NCBI RefSeq assembly: GCF_904067545.1
Contig: NZ_LR881183.1
Span: forward strand, 406,277-438,276
DNA from: Thermococcus camini
GTDB taxonomy: Archaea; Methanobacteriota_B; Thermococci; Thermococcales; Thermococcaceae
Reading direction: 5' to 3'
DNA: 32,000 nt
Within the stretch, counting starts at the first letter, position 1; each line of letters starts with the position of its first letter. The notes under the pieces are model-generated. The model was not told the origin of the DNA, did not search any database, and was given only the letters and a program-made list of their open reading frames with translations. A program made the position numbers and the translations under genes. Below are positions 27,502-32,000 of this stretch, piece by piece.

Positions 27502-28209
27502 ATGAAAACCGCTCTCATTACGGGTGCCTCCGGTGGAATAGGCAGGCTTCTGGTGGAAGGGCTTGTTGAAAAAGGCTATCTGGTCGTGGGAGTCGGCAGG
27601 AGCAGGGAGCGGCTAGAGGGTCTCAAAGGCCTGGGGAACTTTGAGTACATTGTTGCGGATCTCCGAGACCGGAGCTCCCTCGAGAGGATAGCCGGACCTC
27701 TGCGTGAGCTGGGCGTTGACAAACTCGATCTGCTCATCAACAACGCTGGCTACGCTCTCAGAAAGCCCCTCTTGGAGCACTCACATCAGGAGCTGGAGAA
27801 CCTGTTCAGGGTAAACGTTTTTGCACCCCTTGAACTCACGAAAACACTACTTCCAGTGCTCCCAAAGGGTTCGACTGTGGTGTTCATAATCAGCGGCGTC
27901 GCGTTCATTAACGTTCCTGAATTGCCCTCCTACTGTGCCGCCAAGGGTACGCTCCATTATTTGGTGATAAACCTTGAGAGGGAGCTTTCTGTGAAAGGAG
28001 TTCACGTTATGCGCGTCTATCCCAAACATGTCAAGACCGGATTCTGGAACGGAAAGGTTCCGAAGGGCTCGATAGAGCCGGAAGATGTTGCACGGGCAGT
28101 GTTCAAGGGGCTCGAAAAGGGTAAGAGAGAGGTCTTTGTGCCGGGCTACCTGAAACTCGTCAAATATCTCCCCAACTGGCCGGTCTTTACCTACAGATTC
28201 AGGTATTAG
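27502..28209 (+). CDS. Short-chain dehydrogenase/reductase (classical SDR)
   Basis: MKTALITGASGGIGR (TGxxxGxG), NNAG, and catalytic YCAAK (YxxxK). G/C-ending host-like codon usage. ATG follows GGGTGAT. Confidence 0.88.
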   Translation: MKTALITGASGGIGRLLVEGLVEKGYLVVGVGRSRERLEGLKGLGNFEYIVADLRDRSSLERIAGPLRELGVDKLDLLINNAGYALRKPLLEHSHQELENLFRVNVFAPLELTKTLLPVLPKGSTVVFIISGVAFINVPELPSYCAAKGTLHYLVINLERELSVKGVHVMRVYPKHVKTGFWNGKVPKGSIEPEDVARAVFKGLEKGKREVFVPGYLKLVKYLPNWPVFTYRFRY

Positions 28210-28213
28210 GTGG

Positions 28214-28223
28214 TTTTATAAAA
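28214..28223 (+). promoter_or_regulatory. TATA box (TTTTATAAAA) upstream of hicB
   Basis: Lies ~35 nt upstream of ATG 28258, with GGAGGTGAG SD at 28245-28253. Confidence 0.45.
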
Positions 28224-28257
28224 TGTTGTACCTTTGTATTATTCGGAGGTGAGCTGA

Positions 28258-28479
28258 ATGGAGCTTCATGCGGTCATATGGGAGGAAGAGGGAACATACA
28301 TAATCAGAGAGGTTTTTACGGGAGTCACAACGCAGGGGGAGACCCTGGAGGAGGCTATTGAAAATCTAAAGGAGGCCGTTGAGCTTTACCTTGAGGAATT
28401 TCCTGAGCTGAGGGAGGAACTGGAAAAAATCAAGTTTGTGGGCGATTTCAATGTCCAGATTGCCAAGGCTCTCGGGTGA
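28258..28479 (+). CDS. hicB: HicB-like antitoxin (UPF0150/HicB N-terminal domain only, 73 aa)
   Basis: MELHAVIWEEEGTYIIREVFTGVTTQGETLEEAIENLKEAVELYLEE... matches the HicB/UPF0150 pattern (a beta-rich start followed by the GxTxEEAxxNxxEAxxxxxE helix). Paired and overlapping with a HicA-like ORF. Confidence 0.75.
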   Translation: MELHAVIWEEEGTYIIREVFTGVTTQGETLEEAIENLKEAVELYLEEFPELREELEKIKFVGDFNVQIAKALG

Positions 28480-28690
28480 GCAAGTTATTAAAGTCCTCGT
28501 CAAAAAGTTCGGTTTTGAGGTATCCAGACAGAGAGGAAGCCATGTGGTTCTGGTTAAGTATAAAGACGGCAGGAAGATAGGAACCGTTGTTCCCCTTCAT
28601 AAAGAGTTAAAAGCGGGAACACTTATGGGTGTTCTAAAACTGACTGGAATCGAAAAAGATGAATTTATGGAAGCTTTGAATGATCCCTAG
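28451..28690 (+). CDS. hicA: HicA-like mRNA-interferase toxin (YcfA/HicA family, 79 aa)
   Basis: MSRLPRLSGEQVIKVLVKKFGFEVSRQRGSHVVLVKYKDGRKIGTVVPLHKELKAGTLMGVLKLTGIEKDEF. It has the conserved ...G.....RQ.GSH..L... core and ends ...PxHxxELKxGTLxxIL. ATG 28451 lies within the track ORF 28436..28690. Confidence 0.78.
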   Translation: MSRLPRLSGEQVIKVLVKKFGFEVSRQRGSHVVLVKYKDGRKIGTVVPLHKELKAGTLMGVLKLTGIEKDEFMEALNDP

Positions 28691-28699
28691 GTGATGCTC

Positions 28700-29704
28700 A
28701 TGGCGAGGGACGAAGTGAGGAGAATCCTTCCGGCTGACGTAAAGCGAGAGGTTCTGGTTAAGGACGAGAAAGCTGAAACTAACCCAAAGTGGGGCTTTCC
28801 ACCCGAGAAGAGGCCAATGGAGATGCACATGCAGTTTGGCATAATCAACCTCGACAAGCCGCCTGGGCCGACGAGCCACGAGGTCGTTGCCTGGATCAAA
28901 AGGCTCTTCGACCTGAACAAGGCCGGCCACGGCGGAACCCTCGACCCCAAGGTCAGCGGTGTTCTGCCGGTTGCCCTTGAGAGGGCAACTAGGGTCGTCC
29001 AGGCCCTTTTGCCTGCGGGAAAGGAGTACGTCGCGTTGATGCACCTCCATGGGGACGTTCCAGAGGATAGGATTAGAGCGGTTATGAGGGAGTTTGAAGG
29101 GGAGATAATCCAGAGGCCGCCCCTGAGGAGCGCGGTCAAGAGAAGGCTCAGGACGAGAAAGGTTTACTACATTGAGATACTGGAGATAGAGGGCAAGGAC
29201 GTGCTCTTCCGCGTTGGAGTTGAGGCGGGAACCTACATAAGGTCGCTCATCCACCACATCGGTCTTGCCTTGGGTGTCGGTGCCCACATGGCCGAGCTGA
29301 GGAGAACGAGGAGCGGCCCCTTCAAAGAGGATGAAACTCTGGTGACCCTTCACGACCTCATTGACTACTACCACTTCTGGAAGGACGATGGTATCGAGGA
29401 GTACTTCCGCAAGGCAATACAGCCGATGGAGAGGGCCGTTGAACACCTGCCGAAGGTCTGGATTAGAGATTCGGCCGTTGCGGCGGTAACCTACGGCGCC
29501 GACCTTGCCGTTCCGGGAATAGTCAAGGTTCACAAGGGCATCAAGAGGGGCGACCTCGTTGCGGTCATGACTCTCAAGGACGAGCTGGTGGCACTCGGTA
29601 AGGCCACGATGGCGAGCGGGGAGATGCTCCAGAAGGGCAAGGGGATAGCGGTTGATGTTGACAAGGTCTTCATGCCGAGGGACTGGTACCCGAGGCTCTG
29701 GTAA
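28700..29704 (+). CDS. cbf5: tRNA/rRNA pseudouridine synthase Cbf5 (H/ACA RNP catalytic subunit, TruB family)
   Basis: MARDEVRRILPADVKREVLVKDEKAETNPKWGFPPEKRPMEMHMQFGIINLDKPPGPTSHEVVAWIK...GHGGTLDPKVSGVLPV (catalytic Asp)...PUA domain...MPRDWYPRLW. From memory this is near-identical to Pyrococcus furiosus Cbf5. The track ORF begins at GTG 28691. Confidence 0.96.
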   Translation: MARDEVRRILPADVKREVLVKDEKAETNPKWGFPPEKRPMEMHMQFGIINLDKPPGPTSHEVVAWIKRLFDLNKAGHGGTLDPKVSGVLPVALERATRVVQALLPAGKEYVALMHLHGDVPEDRIRAVMREFEGEIIQRPPLRSAVKRRLRTRKVYYIEILEIEGKDVLFRVGVEAGTYIRSLIHHIGLALGVGAHMAELRRTRSGPFKEDETLVTLHDLIDYYHFWKDDGIEEYFRKAIQPMERAVEHLPKVWIRDSAVAAVTYGADLAVPGIVKVHKGIKRGDLVAVMTLKDELVALGKATMASGEMLQKGKGIAVDVDKVFMPRDWYPRLW

Positions 29705-29713
29705 CGAAAGACA

Positions 29714-29728
29714 GGGGGGCTCCGCCCC
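29714..29728 (+). terminator. GC hairpin GGGGGC-TCC-GCCCCC followed by a pyrimidine tract, 10 nt after the cbf5 stop (possible terminator or RNA-processing element)
   Basis: Perfect 6-bp G/C stem seen directly. Oligo-T tracts follow further downstream (T6 at 29818-29823, then T-rich to ~29870). Confidence 0.3.
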
Positions 29729-29734
29729 CTTATC

Positions 29735-29780
29735 TCTCTGTACTCTCAAACCCCCGAAGTGGGGCTTCGCCCCACAACCC
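29735..29780 (-). repeat. Exact 46-nt inverted copy of the repeat-unit core (partner 7514-7559)
   Basis: ctctgtactctcaaacccccgaagtggggcttcgccccacaacccc is the reverse complement of 7514-7559, 46/46 by hand comparison. It contains the hairpin GTGGGGC-TTC-GCCCCAC (29758-29774). Confidence 0.9.
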
Positions 29781-29923
29781 CTGAACCTTTGGTTGTACAA
29801 GTAACATCGTTTGTATCCTTTTTTGCTTTTACTCTGGCTTCTTTCGTCTCATTCTTGTCGTTTTGACACGGTTGGAAGTTGAAAATCCTACGAAAAAAAC
29901 GGAACTTATTCAAACTTATAATT

Positions 29924-29938
29924 GGAAAAGCTTTTAAG
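29924..29938 (+). promoter_or_regulatory. BRE/TATA promoter (GAAAAGC-TTTTAAGG) for the 29983 secreted-protein operon
   Basis: Lies ~45 nt upstream of ATG 29983. GGAGGT SD at 29969-29974. Confidence 0.4.
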
Positions 29939-29982
29939 GATTTTGACGTTACATGTAGTGATAATCTCCGGAGGTATGCCCA

Positions 29983-30174
29983 ATGGAAGGCTGGGCTAAG
30001 AAGGTTGGTGCGGTGTTGTTGCTCGCCATGCTGTTGAGTCTTCAGTTGATTGCCGCTCCACAGGCCGCGGCAATGACTGCCAACAATGCTAGTATAACCT
30101 TCAGGAGGGCTGTGGTTGCCTGGTACGATGACAAGGGCAGGCTTGAGATGAACGTGACGTGGATTAAAAGGTAG
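29983..30174 (+). CDS. Signal-peptide-bearing N-terminal part (63 codons) of a secreted glycoprotein; probably one gene with 30174..30872, interrupted at an A4 run
   Basis: MEGWAKKVGAVLLLAMLLSLQLIAAPQAAA|MTANNASITF...NVTWIKR*. The signal peptide has an AxA-like cleavage motif, and there are two N-x-S/T sequons. A strong SD lies 8 nt upstream. Confidence 0.6.
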   Translation: MEGWAKKVGAVLLLAMLLSLQLIAAPQAAAMTANNASITFRRAVVAWYDDKGRLEMNVTWIKR

Positions 30175-30872
30175 TGAACTTCACAAACCTGACGAAGGGC
30201 TGTCCGCTTTATCACACCAATGTAACGCCGAAGGTGAACGTTTCCGTGGTCACGCTTTACAACATGACGGAAAAGCACGAGCAAATGCTCTTTTTCAGGC
30301 TGAACTTCTACAATAGCACGTTCAACTATACCATGTACGCGCTCGTTTATCGCGCCGAGAGGAGCCAGTACAACTTCACTCTCGTTACGAGGATATTCAC
30401 CGACCCTAAGACTGGTGCTTATAAGGCTTACCTGACTGGAATGAACATTGCCCCAAATGATGAAAACAAGGTCGTTCCCGTTGGAGATACGATTATAACT
30501 AAGGACAACCTCACGCTTTCAGAATACTACTGGACTCTGAACAAGGTTCTCATGAAGCTCCGCAGGGGCGATGAGACGAACTGGGTCTGGGGCAGGAGTG
30601 CCTACGAGCTGAGGCACTTGTCACACCTAGTGAGGCTAAAACTACCAGAATACAACCAGGGGAAAGCAGTAGGAATGACAGTGGCTATGGATAGTGCAGG
30701 AGAACTAGCCTGCGATGTTATATGTCATTTGCTTATTGCAGGGGGAGTATGGGCGTGTTGCGCACTTTATCCTCCAGCGTGTCCAGTATGCATATTGGTC
30801 TATGAAGTCTTGGAGACTGGTCAATTAACATACGTATTTTGTTATGAGACCTGTGAAAGACTAGTGGGGTAG
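30174..30872 (+). CDS. Sequon-rich extracellular protein body with a Cys-rich hydrophobic C-terminal module (no signal peptide of its own)
   Basis: (V)NFTNLTKGCPLYHTNVTPKVNVSVVTLYNMTEKHEQ...FYNSTFNYT...YNFTLV...DNLTLS contains nine N-x-S/T sequons. The last 56 aa hold 8 Cys (ELACDVICHLLIAGGVWACCALYPPACPVCILVYEVLETGQLTYVFCYETCERLVG). The GTG start overlaps the TAG of the upstream ORF. Inserting one A at 30166-30169 fuses the two frames (..WIKKVVNFTNLT..). Confidence 0.6.
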   Translation: MNFTNLTKGCPLYHTNVTPKVNVSVVTLYNMTEKHEQMLFFRLNFYNSTFNYTMYALVYRAERSQYNFTLVTRIFTDPKTGAYKAYLTGMNIAPNDENKVVPVGDTIITKDNLTLSEYYWTLNKVLMKLRRGDETNWVWGRSAYELRHLSHLVRLKLPEYNQGKAVGMTVAMDSAGELACDVICHLLIAGGVWACCALYPPACPVCILVYEVLETGQLTYVFCYETCERLVG

Positions 30873-30888
30873 TTGGAGGTGGTGACCA

Positions 30889-31395
30889 ATGAAGGGCCAG
30901 ATTTTATATTCTCTTTTTTTACTCGCTATTGGAGTGGGAGTGCTTAACATCTTCGTGCCCTTGAGGGAGATGAATTACCTGACACTGGTAATTCTAATCT
31001 CGCTTCTCTTCCTCCGTGCAGTGCTTCCCAAACGGTTCGAAAACAGAACCATAACCTTTCTGTGGAATCTTTCAGTAATATTCATGATGGGCTCTTTAAT
31101 TTACCCGTACAATGAGCACCTCGCGTACTCTTACTTTGCCGGTGCGGGTGTGGTTGCAACATTCTACGCTTTTGCTGACAGGCTGTTCTACTATGCGCCC
31201 CAGATAACGTACTTCTGGATCGGCCTTGCAATAGGCTTTGTCTTATCACTTACAGTCTTTAGAGACGATGTTCGGGGCAATACTGGATTATTTCTCCTCC
31301 TTACGTTGGGATTTGGCCTTGCAACGCTCCTCATGGGAAAACTCGTTAGCTACAGGCCATTTTCTAAAAGATTTGATGGTGAAAACATTGAATAG
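30889..31395 (+). CDS. Hypothetical integral membrane protein (about 5 TM segments)
   Basis: 168 aa with hydrophobic helices throughout (ILYSLFLLAIGVGVLNIFV, LTLVILISLLFLRAVL, ITFLWNLSVIFMMGSLIY, AGAGVVATFYAF, YFWIGLAIGFVLSLTVF, GLFLLLTLGFGLATLLMG). GGAGGTGG SD is followed by ccaATG. Confidence 0.65.
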   Translation: MKGQILYSLFLLAIGVGVLNIFVPLREMNYLTLVILISLLFLRAVLPKRFENRTITFLWNLSVIFMMGSLIYPYNEHLAYSYFAGAGVVATFYAFADRLFYYAPQITYFWIGLAIGFVLSLTVFRDDVRGNTGLFLLLTLGFGLATLLMGKLVSYRPFSKRFDGENIE

Positions 31396-31473
31396 GGTTC
31401 TAACTCAGTCGCTGACCAATTCCTGGTGGAAAGGCCGGGTGAATAAAAGTTCGTCATTAGGGAGGTGAAGCCA

Positions 31474-31751
31474 ATGAACCTTCTTGACTTTGGTGCCTAC
31501 GCAGGCATCGTGGGGGAATAATTTACCTTTTTCTGCTTTTTGCCTTCAGGGATTCTTTTGCTGGCCGTGGTAGGATCTCGTGGGCACTCCAGTTGGAGAT
31601 GGCCTTCTTCATGGTGCTCATAGGCTTCCTTGTCTGGGGAACTCGCAACGATAGTATTCCATTCTACGTTCTGGGAGCGGCTGGGTGGATATGGCTTGCG
31701 GTGGTTATTGCGACGGTTTTGCTGTGGCTGGAGAGTGGTTCAAAGAAATAA
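31474..31751 (+). pseudogene. Small (about 92-aa, 3-TM) membrane protein interrupted by a frameshift in a G5 run
   Basis: ATG 31474 with a strong SD (GGAGGTGA, 31461-31468) gives MNLLDFGAYAGIVGE* (stop 31519-31521). Adding one G to G5 (31512-31516) gives MNLLDFGAYAGIVGGIIYLFLLFAFRDSFAGRGRISWALQLEMAFFMVLIGFLVWGTRNDSIPFYVLGAAGWIWLAVVIATVLLWLESGSKK*. The 3' part alone (ATG 31599..31751, 50 aa) falls below the track cut-off. Confidence 0.45.
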
Positions 31752-31781
31752 TTGGCTGGAAATTCTTGGACATGACTCACC

Positions 31782-31789
31782 TTTATAAA
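31782..31789 (+). promoter_or_regulatory. TATA box (TTTATAAA) placed for a leaderless transcript of the 31811 methyltransferase gene
   Basis: The TATA box ends 21 nt before ATG 31811 and there is no SD in between. This is the typical geometry of archaeal leaderless mRNAs. Confidence 0.45.
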
Positions 31790-31810
31790 CCCCTCAACGA
31801 ACCACCGCAC

Positions 31811-32000
31811 ATGAGCCACTACTACTCCGAGGAGCCGAACGTCCCGTTGAGGACGAAAACGATAGATGTCTGCATTAGAGGTCAGTGTTTCAAGTTCATC
31901 ACCGCCAGCGGGGTCTTTTCATTCGGCAAGCTCGACAGAGGAACGGAATTGCTCATAGAGAGCATGATACTTGATGGGAACTGGCGCGTCCTTGACCTTG
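31811..32000 (+). CDS. Class I SAM-dependent methyltransferase (RsmC/RsmD-like small-domain family), N-terminal part; continues beyond the window end
   Basis: Own translation: MSHYYSEEPNVPLRTKTIDVCIRGQCFKFITASGVFSFGKLDRGTELLIESMILDGNWRVLDL... This has the characteristic N-terminus of the MJ0882/RsmC-like family (F.T..GVFS....D.GT.LL), leading into the VLDLG SAM motif. It is not in the ORF track because it has no in-window stop. Confidence 0.7.
   Translation, partial: MSHYYSEEPNVPLRTKTIDVCIRGQCFKFITASGVFSFGKLDRGTELLIESMILDGNWRVLDL

Noticed and set aside
30160-30176. Programmed -1 ribosomal frameshifting at T-TAA-AAG as the explanation for the split secreted protein.
   Set aside because: The heptamer is not a canonical X-XXY-YYZ slippery site and I see no obvious downstream pseudoknot or hairpin. 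A simple indel, real or from sequencing, is more parsimonious, especially given two other homopolymer frameshifts nearby.
31238-31468. 76-aa ORF overlapping the 3' end of the 30889..31395 membrane-protein gene.
   Set aside because: It is out of frame with, and mostly inside, a better-supported gene. It has no SD, and its composition (Ser/Leu/Trp-rich) is non-protein-like.

Overview
This window is a Thermococcales-type (Thermococcus-like) euryarchaeal chromosome segment. The backbone on the + strand is the complete archaeal ribosomal-protein superoperon. It runs: SPOUT-class methyltransferase, rpl3, rpl4, rpl23, rpl2, rps19, rpl22, rps3, rpl29, SUI1, Rpp29, rps17, rpl14, rpl24, rps4e, rpl5, rps14, rps8, rpl6, rpl32e, rpl19e, rpl18, rps5, rpl30, rpl15, secY, adk, DUF106 insertase, rpl34e, cmk, rpl14e, then cbf5 after a gap. 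Also present are rpl10e, a Pab1020/Rnl3-type RNA ligase, an MFS transporter, a class V aminotransferase truncated at the left edge (minus strand, absent from the ORF track) and a methyltransferase truncated at the right edge. Most junctions in the operon use the same stop-in-Shine-Dalgarno motif TGAGGTGAGnnnnATG. Five compositionally distinct accessory patches sit in or next to this backbone. (1) 2.3-3.9 kb: a secreted or anchored hypothetical protein whose signal peptide is cut off by a T7 frameshift. (2) 6.4-8.0 kb: a 1.56-kb ORF-free stretch packed with hairpins. It contains two diverged ~335-nt repeat units that keep hairpins at homologous positions while changing the hairpin sequence. A 46/46-nt exact inverted copy of the unit core lies at 29.7 kb, directly after cbf5. 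(3) 24.4-28.7 kb: an insertion between rpl14e and cbf5. It carries a very AT-rich 996-aa NB-ARC-like STAND NTPase with a split nucleotide-binding domain and no N-terminal effector, an SDR oxidoreductase, and a hicB-hicA toxin-antitoxin pair that abuts the cbf5 start. (4) 29.9-30.9 kb: a frameshifted secreted protein rich in N-glycosylation sequons. (5) 30.6-31.8 kb: the C-terminal Cys-rich hydrophobic module of that protein, which begins at an abrupt codon-usage switch, followed by two small membrane-protein genes. This last arrangement resembles an archaeocin or polymorphic-toxin plus immunity layout. No rRNA, tRNA, CRISPR array or transposase gene was recognised. The many long minus-strand ORFs across the ribosomal operon are antisense shadows.
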